A stretch of DNA of 64,000 nucleotides, taken from the NCBI RefSeq assembly GCF_025526975.1, contig NW_026515678.1:310001-374000 (forward strand), read 5' to 3'. The notes beneath the pieces were generated by a model that saw nothing but the letters and a program-made list of their open reading frames with translations, was not told the DNA's origin and did no database searches. A program made the position numbers and the translations under genes. Source of the DNA: Fimicolochytrium jonesii. Lineage: Eukaryota. How positions within the stretch are numbered: position 1 is the first letter of the stretch; the number at the start of each line of letters is the position of its first letter. Shown piece after piece: positions 49,993 through 64,000 of the stretch.

Positions 49993-52240
49993 TCATCGAG
50001 CGTATGGGTGGTACCCATGGCTCCGCGCCCCGCTGCCTCCCCGACTCCTCTCTCCACCACCGCTGCCGTAGTCCCTCTCCCGTTCCCGATCAAACCTCGG
50101 TCCCGAAGGCGTCATAATCGGCTTCACGTCGACATCCCCGCCAGCCAACGCGACCGAATCAGTTTCGTCTTCTCGTCCGCCTTGACCAGGTGAACCAACA
50201 CCTCCGTACCCGCGGCTGCTCGATCCACGTCCAGGTGAGTCGGTGGGTGAATCGTCCCCCGTCCCAGGCCCGCCGGTACGACGGTAGCCCGCGTCTCTCC
50301 CAAATCCAGCTTGGCCGCCGTGACCTCCCTGCGCGCCATACCTCCCGAACATATCACCACCAGCGCCGCCAGCAGCAGCCCCGTATCCGTATCCCGCCGG
50401 GTATCCATACCCATACGGCGAAGCCCCGTAACCCCCCGCCCTAGCAGCCTGATAATACGCTGCCATCGCAGCCGGGTTCCTACCATAGGCAGCGCTAAAA
50501 CCCTCCATCCCCCCAAACCCAGCAGCATACCGGCCGTGCATTCCATACCCGCCGAACCCAGAACTCCCATACCCACCCGCTCCAGCGTCAGCCATGCCGT
50601 ACCGCCCGTAGCCCATCCCGCCAGCCACCGCGGCACCGGGGAAGCCGTAGCGCGCGGCCCCCATGCGGCCCATGCTCCCCATTCCCATTGCGTCGCCGCC
50701 GCCTGCGCCCCCGTAGCCCATTCGACTGCGCATGGGACCGAAGTTGGAGCCGCGGGAGTCGCCGCCCATAAGGGAGTCCGGGCGGCCGTAGCGTTGACCG
50801 CCGCCGCCGCCGGGTGCGGATTGAGGGATTTTGTGCTTGGGCATGGCGCGTTTCACTTCAACCTTGATTATGAATCGTGTGAGCAATCGACGTTACTTAA
50901 TCTTAAGAGTTTGCGACCCTCTGCAAGCTCACCGTCTTCTCATTAATCGCCAGCTCCCCCAACGACTGCTTCGCCATCGCCTTATCGACTCCATCCGAGT
51001 TCTCAAAGGTGATGAACCCGAACCCTCGTGGTCGGCCGGTCTCACGATCAATCATCAAGGTGGCGTCGATGACTTTGCCGAACTGCATGAAATATTCGCG
51101 GAACTGGTCTTCGGTGACATCCGGCCCGACGCCGCCGACGAAGATCTTTTCGGTTTTTTCTTGCTCCTCGCGTGGGATCGCTCGCTTTGGGTCGATCTGG
51201 ATGTCCAAAATAAACGATGGGGGGGTTGGCTTGCATGTCTCTAGAGTCATCTATCGAAGGTAAATCGGTAGCAAACCAAAAGCCGCGTGGGAAAACTTAC
51301 GATTTTGCCGTCTAATGTATGTTCTAATTGTACAACCTCCTCCACTGAACGGGGATCCTTGAAGGTCAGAAATCCAAATCCACGGGATCGGCCGGTGACG
51401 GGGTCCTTCATGACTACGCAGTCCTCCACTTCTCCAAACTTCTCAAAGTATGTGCGCATGCTCTCTACATCAGGCGCCGTCGGTGAGTGAGCAGGTGTTG
51501 CGGAGCACACGAGAGTTCCCATCAAACTCTCCCGAGCCGAACACGAATTCGACATGAAATTGGGGGTCAACCAATATATTCTTACCATCAGTAGTCTCCC
51601 AGTTCAAACCCCCTATAAACATTTTCCTACGTAGTGGTTGAAGGTGCGCGGGCAGAAAGAGAGGTGCTAATTAGCCTACGCTGCTGCAAACCTAAGGCAA
51701 ACGCTTCCTACGAGCTATCTTCCGAAAATGTATCTGTCCACAGGGCCTAGCTGTTGTGTAGAGACGTCTTCGATGCTGTGCGCCACTGCCTGTCCATCTT
51801 CACTGCTGCTGCTATCTAGGTCCCCTACTGAGCTATCAAAGCGGAGCACTACTATCGTTGCTGATACGGGTGACGAGGGTGAGCTAGAAATAACGCGGCG
51901 GCTGCGGTTTCGAACACAAACTGCCCTACCTCGACGAGTCTTGAGAACCTGCGGCCAAATTTCCTCTTCCAGCTCCTCTCACTGACTAACCAATCTCATA
52001 GCATGCCTGACCGACTTACCCTGCCTCGCTCTTGTTGGGATCCAGAATGTTGCCCGCAGCTTTGGATTGACCGTACATATCAAGGTCGTCGGGCATCATG
52101 CTGGCCCCCGCGTTCAAGAGTTCGCCCAGCTCATCACCGCCGCCCAAGTATGTAGCGTCATCGTCCAGATATGCGACCGTGTCTACTGTGTAGGGGTCCG
52201 TGGAGCCATCCACGATTCCGTATTCATCTGCGTTCTCCAT
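49993..52240 (-). CDS. Two-RRM RNA-binding protein with Gly/Tyr-rich tail (Hrp1/Musashi/DAZAP1-like); start approximate
   Basis: [51 protein letters not shown]. Confidence 0.88.
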
Positions 52241-52594
52241 AATGTTCGAGGTGCCGTTATCTTTTTGACATTTCGAGAATTCCCACAAGAAGTGCGTAAA
52301 CATTTCAGCATCGCGCCTGCAAGTAGCACCCTCACCACCGAGAAGCCTCACCCACATACCTTTGCTGATGGGGTCTCCTTTCGTGCCGTCTGTCTCAGTT
52401 CCAGTTCGGTCTCACCGCCTGTCAGCTGAGGGGTGCAGTTGCGCTGACCCGAGGGCGAGGGCTTTCAATTGACCTGCGCGTCACGTGGAGAATCCCGGGT
52501 CGGGCGTTGGCCTGCTTGCACTTTCAGCATTGCGCTGGGAGTCTCAAGACGCTCTGCACCGGCATCTCCCTCTTAGCAGATCTCGCCTATAACC

Positions 52595-54316
52595 ATGTTC
52601 TCTTCCGCTCTTCGTGCTGCCAGGCCCTGCGGGAGGGCCGCTGGCCTTGCTCAGGTAAGTCGTCAAAATCCGCTGGGTTTCACCTATTCTATGCCAGTTG
52701 AAACGCAGAGTGAAGGGGAAATTCGAGGATGGGCGCCCATCGGCTTCATAACACGGGAATACAATGCTAACCTGACCTTTCGGGATACCCCCAGTTCCGC
52801 GCTGCTCAGCGTACCAGCAACGCCGCTGTGTGCCAGAAGCGTAACCTCTCGATCCACGAGCACCTTTCGATGGGACTCCTCAATGAATACGGTGTGAAGG
52901 TCCCTAAGGGTGCGGTCGCAACCAGCCCTGCCGAAGCCGAGAAGATTGCAAAGTCTCTCAGCTCCTCCGACTATGTGATCAAGGCGCAGGTCCTTGCCGG
53001 CGGTCGTGGAAAGGGTCACTTTGACTCTGGATTGAAGGGAGGTGTCCGCGTCGTTTACTCGCCCACCGAGGTCAAGATGTTCGCCGAGAAGATGCTGGGC
53101 CACAAGCTCATCACCAAGCAGACCGGTGCTGGAGGCAGGCCTTGCAACGCCGTATACGTTGTGGAGCGTCTGTATGTCCGTCGCGAGTACTACTTCGCCA
53201 TCATCCAGGACCGTACCACCCAGGGCCCCGTTATCGTTGCCTCGTCGCAGGGTGGTATGGACATTGAGACTGTCGCTGCGGAGACTCCTGAGGCCCTTGT
53301 TACACACTCCGTCGACATCAACGTCGGTCTGAAGCGCGAGGATGCCGTCAATGTCGCTAAGAAGCTTGGTTTCACTGGAAAGGCCCAAGAGGAGGTACAA
53401 TGGTGGAGCGATGGAGGGAAGGATGCAATTCCCGTGGACGTCACACTCACCATGAGTAAATTTCAGGCTGCCGACACGTTCGAGCGTCTCTACAAACTTT
53501 TTATCGAAAAGGATGCCACCATGATTGAGATCAACCCCTTGGCCGAGGTTCACCAAGAGGGTGGTGAAAGCACAGGTGGGGCACATTTGAGTTGTTATGG
53601 AGATGAAGCGAACGCCACATCTGATAATGGAGTCTTATCCTCCCAGTCATGTGCATGGACGCAAAGTTCGGGTTCGACGACAACGCGGAGTTCAGGCAAG
53701 AGAAGATCTTTCAACTGCGTGACAAGACCCAGGAGGACGCCCGTGAGGTCGCCGCTGCCAAGTGGAACCTGAACTACATTGGTTTGGACGGCAGCATTGG
53801 ATGCCTCGGTAAGCAGCCAGCAAAATGGTTTTCAAACGAGCGTCCCTTGCTATGCTAACAGAAACGATTACCATCTACCGCCACGCAGTCAACGGAGCCG
53901 GTCTCGCCATGGCGACCATGGACATCATCAAGCTCCACGGCGGCGAGCCGGCCAACTTCCTCGACGTCGGCGGAGGCGCCAAAGCCGACCAAGTCACAGA
54001 AGCCTTCAAAATCATCTCCTCCGACCCCCGCGTCTCCGCGATCCTCGTCAACATCTTTGGCGGAATCATGCGTTGCGACATCATTGCCGAGGGTATCATC
54101 TCCGCCGTCAACCAGCTGGGTCTGAACCTGCCCCTCATTGTGCGGTTGCAAGGAACGGAGGTTGACGCGGCCAAAAAGCTGATCAAGGACAGTGGGTTGA
54201 GGATGTTCTCGGTCGATGATCTGGATGTCGCGGCTAGCAAGGCGGTGCAGATGAGCAACATTGTGGGGATGGCGCGGAAAGCGGGTGTTCAGGTCAAGTT
54301 CGAGTTGCCCATTTAA
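52595..54316 (+). CDS. LSC2: Succinyl-CoA ligase beta subunit, mitochondrial (spliced)
   Basis: [70 protein letters not shown]. Confidence 0.96.
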
Positions 54317-54529
54317 GTGGAAAGCAAAATAAAAGGCTACCTGACATTAGAACCTTTGGATACCTGCTATTGCACACGCCCGATTCTCAATTCTCTCTCT
54401 CCGCCCCTCATTCCCGAGTTACCTTGCTCTGTTGTGTGAACTTCCTCATTTCATGTAGAACTATTCTGATCATAAGATCGTATTTCGCAACTTGTTATAT
54501 ACACGCGGGCTCTTCCCAAAAAAAGGAGT

Positions 54530-57175
54530 TCAGGAACCGATCAACGAATCAACCACAACTGCCATCCACTCCGCCGTCTCCCTTGTCCCTGAATCCCCAA
54601 AATGGCCATTCTCCCGCACTTTTATCAAGAGCCGATGCTGCCGATCTTCCTCATACACCCTTCTAAGCCGCGCGATCCACTTCACCGGCTCCCAAAACCG
54701 GACGCGGGAGTCCTGTAGACCCGCTGTTATGAAGAGTTCTGGATACTGCCGTACTTGGGGAGTGTTTTTTTTTTGGAGGATGTTCCCGTAGGGGGAGTAT
54801 GCGAGCATGGCGTCGAAGATGGTTTTGTTGGTGATGGGGTTGCCCCATTCGAAGAACTCGAAGCTTGTCCAGGGGACGGTTTCGTCGGTCATGTCGCCTA
54901 TTGGATCAACGAACTGTGGAAACCAAAAGTGTTAAGGGTAGCTTTCACTGCAAGATTATCACAAGGCTATGCCAACTCACCGGAACTTGCGTAACGACCA
55001 GCTTGACTATTGCATTCTCCTTCTGATTTGCCCTATCTGCCCCGGCCGTCCACCCCAGCTCATTAACAGCATGTCCCGTAATCAACCCACCAGCGCTCCT
55101 CCCAAAAAGCGCCACCCGTCCCTGGGCCGTCCACCCCTGCTCCACCAGCCCACTCAAACACGTCGCAACGTCGTCAAACGTGTGCTGCTTCTTCTCGTAT
55201 TTCCCATCTGTGTACCACGCCGCGCCCAAGTTTGCGTCACCGCGCGGATGACATATTGCAAAGACGATTCCGCGATCTAGGAGAGGCAGGATGGAGGTGT
55301 CGAATGTTGGGTCTATGAGGGACCCATAGGCGCCATATGCGCGGAGGAGTAATGGGTTGGTGCGGGCCACTGCAGGCCGCACGCGGGAGTGGATCGCGAA
55401 ACGGTTGTAGACGAGGGAGATGGGGACCTGGATGTTCGGATCTGATTTGGATTGCGCCCATACCCGTTCTTGTATGTATGCATCTTCGTTGAGGCCGGCT
55501 ACCTGGGTTTCAGCTAGCGAAGTGAATTCGGTCGCGACAGTGTCAAGAACCAGCGTTTCCGGTGGCGAGAGAAACGACGAGAAGGTGTATGTGAAACATT
55601 TATCGTCGAATCGGCGGTGGAGTCGGGCGTCCATATCGAACAGCGTGCTGGGGAACAATGTACCCGGCAGAGGAACAGGAACAGGAGGACCTGATTGAGT
55701 GGGCATACCCAAGGGCGGGTGATAGTCGGTCGCCCATAATTTTCGCATTTCTTGCCCTTCACCTTGGACGATCTTCCAGAGTCGCGATCCGCCGGTCCGG
55801 ACCCAAACGGCAATGTAGGCTGAAAACACCTCCATTTTCTCATAAAAAACCTTCTCTTCATGTTCCAGCACGACTTCCAGATCCAGGCCGCTTGAAGGTC
55901 CGCCGCGAACAGCTTCCTCAATCGTCATGTCCGCCGCCAACGCCAATGTAGCGTTCACCCGCACGATTTGGAAATTGGGAGCGTCACCAGCATTTGTGAG
56001 GATGTAGAAGTATCCACCATTTGACTCGATATGGTAATGGATCCCGGTGACTCGCCCGAAAAGCGGCTTCGTTTCGAAATGTTCACCGATTTTGCTTCTC
56101 GCCAGTGTCCGCAGTTCGGAGGTCACTTGACCTACTACCTGGGCGTGTGTGAGATTACCTTTGCGACATAGAGCCAGTAGGAGGGATCACATACCTTGAC
56201 GAACAGATGTTGCGCATCACTTGTGGAATGCACCTCTGTCGTCAATGACACGTCTTGCTCCAGATACACCAGTTCCTCCTTCGCATCATCTATGCAATAG
56301 CGGTAGATTCTACGCGGGATTCCCCAAATGAGATCCACCACATTATAATAGATGCAGTCCACATCCTCTTTTTGAGTGCCCCATCTGGCCGAATAGTACG
56401 TGTTTTTAAGATTCCCCTTGATAGCACCGCCGTTTTCCAGGTCAACCACGGATAGGTGGAAGTTCTCCGAACCGGTAGTGTCATAAGAAAACGCAATCAG
56501 GTTCTCCTCTCGTGAATGCGGTTCAAAGACACCTTCCGAAAAAGACGATGCGCCGGCCGGGACGATCTTGTTATAGTCCAAAACCGTCTCCACGCTGCTG
56601 TATGCAGTCGCACACGCGCATGAGGATTCAGAAGCGGCGTCCTGCCGGCCGCGATAGTAGACGGGGTATCGTGCGCCATGAGGATATGAGCTCCAATATA
56701 TGTATGATCCGTAACGAAAGAAGTTGCTCGAGTCCGTCCGTTTGCCACTGCAGGACCCATGGTCCGAAAACTTTACAGATGTCGCGGCCGCCCATTGATT
56801 GATCTCCTTCGAGATCTGATCCTGTAGCGGCTCCAAGCGGTTGAGGACCACATCCGTGTAGTTATTCTCAGCCTTGATGTATGCTGAGACATCCGGATCT
56901 GTATCTATGTACCGAAGCCACGAGTATTCGTCTGTTATTGGAATATCGTGAAAGTACTGTGTTTCCGGGAGCTGTTTCGCCCGAGGAACGGGTATTTTTC
57001 GAAGCTCCTCCTTTCGATGACTTTGCGGGTTTGGGTATGTATCAAGCGATCGAACGATCCCTACTCGTTCCCACAGTTAGAGAAAAAATCCAATATCGGA
57101 ACAGTGTCTGACGGTCGCCGAACTCCCACCATAATATGTAACTATCGTTGTGACGAGGGCTATGGCCAGCACTGA
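54530..57175 (-). CDS. Oligopeptidase B / prolyl oligopeptidase S9A (spliced; 5' end lies further upstream, uncertain)
   Basis: DEYSWLR, YIKAENNY, DTTGSE, YGAYG, HPRG, GRSAGG nucleophile, EWGNP, YSPY.N, DSRV..WEP.KW, GH. Confidence 0.88.
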
Positions 57176-57701
57176 GGGACGCGTGAGGTCAGCTACACAG
57201 AGCAAGACTAAGCTTCAGCGAGCGCACTCACCCAAAGCCCTTTTCCGGCGGGTTCTCGCCATAGGCAAGTCAGAGGCGTGGTTGCCCAGGTTGTCGTGGG
57301 AAGGAAGAGCCTCATAAAACACTCCGTAATCGTACGCCTTTGATGTGACCATCTTGGGAGATGGTCAATGGCTATTCCGACGTAGAAAGTTACCGCAGCG
57401 CCGGTCAGTGGAAGGACTAATGCTGAGGTCCGGGCAAGATTACGTCGGGATACGCCGATATGATGGTCGAAATGGGCTCGCCTTCCGACTCTTCCGATGT
57501 TTGATAGCTTCCGCGAACGAGGACTGGGTGAGGATCAGGGTGAGGACGCTGAGTGTTGGTGGGGGTCTGTGACAAAAGCAGACGCGGCCAGAGTCTTCGA
57601 ATTCTGCTTCGAATTCAATGTCCTCAACGTCCGCTTCGGAATTTCGCTTGCGACTGTGGAAACCAGTAACCACCAGCGAAGGAACTCAAAGGAAGACCAC
57701 C

Positions 57702-59436
57702 ATGCCAGGACCGCCAATACCCTCCAAACCACCGCCTCGGCGCACCGAACCCAAACCCACAGAGCCCACCCCAGCCGCCGAAGAACCAGAAAGCAGAACA
57801 ATCCTGCCCCTCTCCAACGCCCTACCACCAGCGACCATCCCGTCCTCCTTTACAGGAACCACGAAATCCGTCGACCAGTTCCTCAAGCTCAACCGAATAG
57901 GCGAAGGAACCTATGGAATCGTGTATAGAGCGAAGGATAAGTCGACAGGGAGGGTCGTGGCGTTGAAGCGGTTGAGAATGGACTCGGACCGGACGGGGAT
58001 GCCTATTGGGTCGTTGAGGGAGATCTCTATATTGAAGTCGCTGAGGCATGAGAATATCGTGGAGGTGCTGGATGTGGTCGTGGGACGGGGGCTTGGTACG
58101 ATGCCGTTTGCACTCATGTTGGTGACGATTCCGGAAAGCGAACTCACGTTGCTGTTTCTTCCAGAAAACATATTTATGGGTAAGCAAGGTGGTGCTCATC
58201 GCATGGCTGCCGATGTATAGGATTCAACAGTTTTGTTCGGATGGCATCTTACGTTTGAGTTATGGAATACTGTGAACAGGTTAGCAAGTGGTGCAAGGTT
58301 TGCGTCACCAGGCATGTGTACTAAACGCGAACTGCAGGATATGGGCGTTCTCATGGATAGCGTCGTGAGCAAGGGATCTCGGCCTGGGTACAGGGATCCA
58401 GAAGGTAAAGGGACTGGTGCGCAATGCGGGTGAGCCATACTGTTCTACTGATGCTTCCTATCTGTCGCAGTCAAATGCCTGATGCAGCAACTACTCAAAG
58501 GACTCGGATATCTTCATGCGAACTACATAATTCACAGGTGAATTGACAACGCCATGATACTCTCGTCGATGGGCGATCGGATCTGACCTGCAAAATGTGC
58601 TTGTAGGGATCTCAAACTTACAAACCTGCTACTGACGGCGACGGGCACGTTGAAAATAGGTGAGCGTCGGCATTGAACTCACACCGGCAGGGATGAGGCA
58701 CTCATCACCGACTTTTTGGCCCGTTGCAGCGGATTTCGGGTTAGCGCGGAAATTTGGGTTGCCACAACAACCAATGAGCCCGAAAGTCGTCACGCTATGG
58801 TACCGGGCGCCGGAGCTGCTACTAGGGAGCAAAGATTATGGGATTGCTGTTGATATGTGGTAAGGCCATGCCACGTGTATCAAGGTATGTTGACTTTCAC
58901 ATTCTCACTCTCCCATGTCATCCAGGTCCGTGGGGTGCATATTTGGAGAGTTCCTGTCCAGCAAACCTCTCCTTCCGGGAAAAGAGGAACGACAACAATT
59001 GACCCTGATATGCAACTTGCTGGGGACCCCTTCCGCACGGATATGGCCCGGCTTCGATTCCCTCCCCTACGCAAAGTCGGTCAAACTCCCCCCAGTCCCC
59101 TTCTCAAGCGTCAACGTCAAGTTCTCCCACCACACCGACAGCGCCCGACGCCTTCTGAAAGGTCTGCTCACATACCATCCCGAGACGCGATTAACGGTAA
59201 AGGAAGCGTTACGCCATTCATATTTCTACGAGGAACCCGGGGCTTGCCTGCCTATCTTTTTGCCTATGTTTCCGGAGTTTCAGAAGGAACGAGATACGAA
59301 GGGGAGCGAGCCGCATAGGAGGAGACCGCCGTCGTCACCAGGCCCGAGGACGTCGCAGAGGCAGAAGAGGGTGTATGATGAGGAGGAGGAGTTGGCGCTG
59401 GGCGCTCCGGTCTATAAGAGGTTTCGACTGTCGTGA
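57702..59436 (+). CDS. CDK10: Cyclin-dependent kinase, CDK10-like (spliced)
   Basis: [24 protein letters not shown] cyclin-binding motif, [25 protein letters not shown]. Confidence 0.85.
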
Positions 59437-60613
59437 TGGGGATGAGGAGCAATACTCTGCAAAGACCTCTCTTGCGCATATAGTATATGGTTTTCATGTC
59501 GTTCACCATCTCTTGTCATCCCATATTTCGAATATGATGAAGAGTATGTGGGGACTGTTGGCCCTTGCATATTTGTTGATTCTTCGCACCGGAAATCCAT
59601 CATGAGTGCGCCTCTGATCGCATATCGCTTACGCATACGACGCCTCATTGAAATAATCACCAAAAGCTAAAACCAGCCCTCAAAGTCAACGGATGCCATC
59701 AAACAAAATCCGGAAAAAAAGACAGCTTACAGTTGAAAAACCCTTTATCAGCAATCTTCTCCTTATTCTGAAAAAACTTGCCCCCGGGCCCGCCCGGTTC
59801 ATCCGCGCTAAAGTACGACCCTTGGCCCATCGCCGACCTTTCTGCGGTGCCGCGCATCGCGAATGGCCCTGCGTGGGAAGATGATGCTCCCCGTGGTCCC
59901 GAGTGTTGTGGTGAGAGGGGATATGCTGGATGTGAGGTGGCGTCGTCGGTTTCCATTGCGTCGATGCCGGGGCTTAGGGCTTCGGTGCTGGACTGCGAGT
60001 GGAGGGTTGTTTAGCGTTGGATACCTGCAGGCATGTGATGGTGCGGGGTTCCGCCATGCATTCCCACGACGGAATTCGAGGTTTCAAGATGTCCTACCTG
60101 GGGACTTAGCGGGCTGCTCATTTTATGCATCTGGTTTCTCCAACTAGTGAAGCACTTTGAAGAGTCTTGTTGTGGGTGCCGTTCGAGTCAATTTCTGAGA
60201 CGTCTTCCACGAGAAGGGCCAAATGACTTGGGAGAGCGGGGAGGACATGGTGCCCTTGTTCAACGCGTTCACTATTGTAACCCAGTTCCCACGCTTCCTC
60301 TAGCGCTTCCTGGCAGACTTCCATCCTAATGCTGAGGAGCCTCCAACAACGAGTCGCACATATGTTAGACATTTGAGACGGTAGTGAACGACGAAGTAAC
60401 CGATTCTTCGCGAATCGTGTATATCAATGCGATTACTGTATGATTACTATGGGTAAACGGGGTGAACTATGACTAAACAGGATATACATACAATTAACAA
60501 GGCCCGAGGCCGAAAAGGAGAGGAGTCCCAAAATGATGAGTATGATACAAGGTTTGGCGCCGGCTTCTGTGACTCGCAGGGCGACGGTGCATGCAGAAGT
60601 CGCAGAAGATTCT

Positions 60614-61198
60614 TCAAGAGAAGAAGGCTCCTCTCACAGCTCTCACAACCCTCCGTCCTCTTTCCTGGCTTTCACTCCGCCTGCCCACCGGAGCCTCCCT
60701 AACTATACTCGGCATAGAATCGTCCTCGTCCCCACCGAATGCATAGTCCATCGGCAGCATGTAGTGCTCTCGCTCAGTGCCTGTTGCGGCCGAGTCCATT
60801 GACGATACCGATGGCGAAGAGGAGTAGGAGTAAAGGGAGGTTGGATACGACGGTCGGCTTGACGTGATTTGCGGTGCTGGGAGTGACGACTGTGTTTGCA
60901 GCTGCTGTAATTGGGGTTGTGCGGCCTGCGTCGTCTCGGCGGCGTGAAGAACCGAAGACAATGATAACGAAGCGTCTTCGACCGAATACCCCGCCTCTAG
61001 CGTCCGTGGGTAGTTCGACATGTCGCTCAACTCTACCGCTCCCTCCGTCGCATCATCTAACGATAGGTTGCGCGCTGACCGGAAGGTGAAGAAGGTAGAG
61101 ACACTTTTGCTGCCGGTGGAGGTCAGAGAGAGTGGTGAAGCAGCTCCTAGTGCTGCGCGATGTGATGGGCGGCGGCGGAGGGTTGTGAATAGAGCCAT
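60614..61198 (-). CDS. Ser-rich hypothetical protein (possibly first exon of a longer gene)
   Basis: 194-aa ATG-initiated ORF with a TATA-like element upstream (~61335-61341); no recognisable domain. Confidence 0.35.
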   Translation of the reverse strand: MALFTTLRRRPSHRAALGAASPLSLTSTGSKSVSTFFTFRSARNLSLDDATEGAVELSDMSNYPRTLEAGYSVEDASLSLSSVLHAAETTQAAQPQLQQLQTQSSLPAPQITSSRPSYPTSLYSYSSSPSVSSMDSAATGTEREHYMLPMDYAFGGDEDDSMPSIVREAPVGRRSESQERGRRVVRAVRGAFFS

Positions 61199-63661
61199 GG
61201 TTGACAGTTGATGAGTGGGTTGCGTTAAGGGTATCGATGTTCGATATCGTATCGTATCGTTGTTCTCTCAGGGAACAGCTCTTTTGGTTTGGCTGAGGTG
61301 ATATGCCCGCCAAGCAGCAGCAGTAGCTTGCTCTTTTATACCGAATGGCCTCCGAAGGGGGAAAAGCGGGAGAATCGAGTTAAGCTTACCCGTTGAAAAG
61401 ACCCAAGGGCCAAGGGGGGTTCCGTCGCCGAGCGAAGAAGGGGGTTAGTAAAAAGCCCTAGCCACGTCGAACGCGTTTGTGCGAATTCGAATGGGACCGC
61501 GGTTTGTCACGGGCGGAAGTTGGGGGGGGGCGTAAATTTCTCTTATGTCATCACAGGGGATGAAAAAAGGGGTAAAAAGCAGGACCCCTTGACTTCCGCC
61601 GGAGAATAAACCCCAACCAGCCAGCCTCGGGCGGCATGTCAGCTTTGCGGCCGGAGCGGCTATGCTACGTATCTATATGCACCAAACATGTGAGAGAGAC
61701 GTGATGTCCGGACAACTTGTGCAGTCAAACTGATCGGACTCGGACGACGCCGGTTGGACATGGACACGGTGCCTTGGATGGAGATGAGGCCTTGGCGCGA
61801 TCTGCCGCTCCCCCATCGATTCGATGACGGTCATCGGACGCACGTTTGTCGCTTTTTTTGCCGGAACTCCTGTAACCCTTCGTTCTTTCTCGGCTCATTC
61901 TCACCGCCGCATGTTGCTCAAGGGCAACTCTGCCCAGGGACCAGCACCACACCAGTGGGGAAGTGCCAAAGGACTGCAAGTTCTGTGGGCGGAACTGAAG
62001 TGAGGAATGCAATGCACAACGGAGCCGGTAAAGTTGCGAAGCGCAGCTTGAACGGACTTCCTCTTCCAACATCATGTCCCCACCAGCTTTGATTATCATC
62101 TACACAGTCGGAAATGTCCCACCAGCAGTACGCCGTCTTTGCTCAGCTCCTCCACCACCCGGGTCGATATCTACGTAAAACCAAATGCGTATTCAGATAT
62201 TTCGGGTGATTCTGCTGTGGGAAAATCGGGTCGCGCTCCTCACGGCTTGCAAGGAAGTGCATGCAAAGTGCATGTTGGGGATGTCTCCAGAAATATTACC
62301 GTTACGTCGCAATGTGGTCGCAGTGTGCTCGACGATGCCCACGCCGTATTTGGACCTAAACCCATGCATGTATCCTTCAACACTCCCGACGGGTACATAC
62401 AGTACATACGTCCGGAGGACAAGGAAGACGCTTTTGTTGGACAAGGTCCCATTTCGAAGATGGCGAACCTTCATAAGTGTACGCCAATGGACGTCTGCAT
62501 ATCCGCGGCGGTTGGGACATGAACTACTCGTGCACGGCTCCGGCAAAGATTCTACCCAGTGTTTGGGCCCAATATGCAAGTGTCATGGCTGATTTCACAC
62601 TCGCCGGTCCATCCGAAGAACCGGAACTGTTTCGACCACCACGGCCACTCAATGTGCCCCTGCCGTCTACCGAAGATCACTTCTTAGATAACATAGGGTC
62701 CCTCTCCGATGCGCCGTTGAAAACGGTCAGCGGAATAATCGGGCGTGACCCGTGGAGCGTGCTTAAACCTCACGACATCTCGACGCTTCTCGATACGATC
62801 GAAAGACTGGGGCATTTTTGGCTCCCCCGCTCCCCGGCGTACCGCTGCCTACGCCGCTGTTCCCATCCTGGCGCACCAAGACGGACAACAAAAGAACGGT
62901 GATCTACTACGTCCCAAGGGAACTTGTGGAGCATGCTGAGTATCATGGGGGCGGCACGCTACTCGTGCGAGATTTTGCGGATTGCCCTTATTTCACCTGA
63001 GTCGAGTAGATTTCGGTGATGCGATTAGCGAATTCCGGCGTAGATGCTTTGCGTGGGATGGTGGTCAGCAAAATTGGCGTAATGGGGGCTGCGTGGAAAC
63101 AACGGTTCTCAGCAGCGAGAAGGGAGATCGGGGGGATGTAGTGTTTATTCTATATGGTGCAAAAAGGCTCGACATACACAGAACGACTTTCTCAATCACT
63201 CTGCATCCTTAGTTTCCTATGGATGTTCGAGCTTCTTGCAATGTATACATACTATGTACGTCTTCCTGGAGGAAGATGCTCTGGCTGTCGTTCCAGCAAA
63301 CGTGAACCTTGAGCTACCGCGCCACAGCCTACCTTCCAGATTCCTTCTACGCTTCTTCAAATGGATTTTGATGCGTATTGCGTCGATCGGTGGATTGTGC
63401 GGTGAAGATTGTGCTAATTATGGTTGGATACACCCGCGGTCCCTTGAGTGCGGTTCTGGCTGACCACCGTCCTAACCACAATCGAGACTTGCACAATATG
63501 GATGGGCGTCTACGTGCTCCATGGACTTATGGACTCGATGGGGTTTGCGCCACGCTATCGCTCTTTGCAGCCGAAGTATAAAAAGAGCTGCTGCGAGTGC
63601 ATCTCCTCTCGTCCCCCTCAGATCTCGGAGTGCATCAATCCCCATATACATATCCGAAGCC

Positions 63662-64000
63662 ATGCTCTCCCTCAAGCTCATCTCGGCGGTCCTCCTCGCG
63701 ACCGCTCAACTCATCTTCGCCGTAACAGTCCCGCCCCCCGACGCGGTAATCGTGTCCCAAAACCCAATCTCAACCTACAAGGGTGCCGTAGCAGCTGTCG
63801 GCAACCGCACCGTCTTCCCATCCCTCAGCGCCGCCATCAACTCAACCAACCCCAAACTCGCCGCCTACATCTTCCTCTACCCCGGCACCTACAAAGAGCA
63901 AGCCATTATCCGCCGCAAAGCGCCCCTCCGCGTGGTCGGGTACAGCCCAGCCGACACAGACTACCGCGCCAACACGGTCCTCATCACCGCGTCCACCAAC
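63662..64000 (+). CDS. Secreted pectinesterase (CE8), truncated by window end
   Basis: Signal peptide MLSLKLISAVLLATAQ; SLSAAIN..IFLYPGTYKEQ..VVGYS..YRANTVLIT typical of fungal pectin methylesterases. Confidence 0.75.
   Translation, partial: MLSLKLISAVLLATAQLIFAVTVPPPDAVIVSQNPISTYKGAVAAVGNRTVFPSLSAAINSTNPKLAAYIFLYPGTYKEQAIIRRKAPLRVVGYSPADTDYRANTVLITASTN

Overview
The window has two parts. Positions 1 to ~23172 are an intronless, gene-dense and visibly more AT-rich block. It is the right-hand part of an integrated Polinton/Maverick-like virus (PLV/adintovirus-like). It encodes a giant mosaic fibre gene (~2290 aa once one frameshift is bridged), a PLV-type double-jelly-roll major capsid protein, a minor capsid (penton), an A32-like packaging ATPase, an rve integrase and a protein-primed family B DNA polymerase with an internal Vsr-like nuclease. 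Accessory genes are a zinc-knuckle protein, two paralogous F-box proteins and a transglutaminase-like protein. The element ends in a hairpin-rich terminal region with the Polinton-type terminus ...ACTACT at 23172. Several viral genes carry in-frame stops or frameshifts, so this copy looks to be in early decay (or partly mis-assembled). The left end lies outside the window. Positions ~23.2-64 kb are ordinary GC-rich, intron-containing eukaryotic host DNA, probably an early-diverging (chytrid-like) fungus. Host genes are TANGO2/NRDE, ARFRP1, ATP2, tyrosinase, beta-propeller phytase, VID27, TMEM128-like, KEX2, VMA11, MOB1, an Hrp1/Musashi-like RRM protein, LSC2, oligopeptidase B, CDK10 and a pectinesterase. 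All family assignments come from motif recognition by eye, not database searches. Host exon boundaries are approximate.
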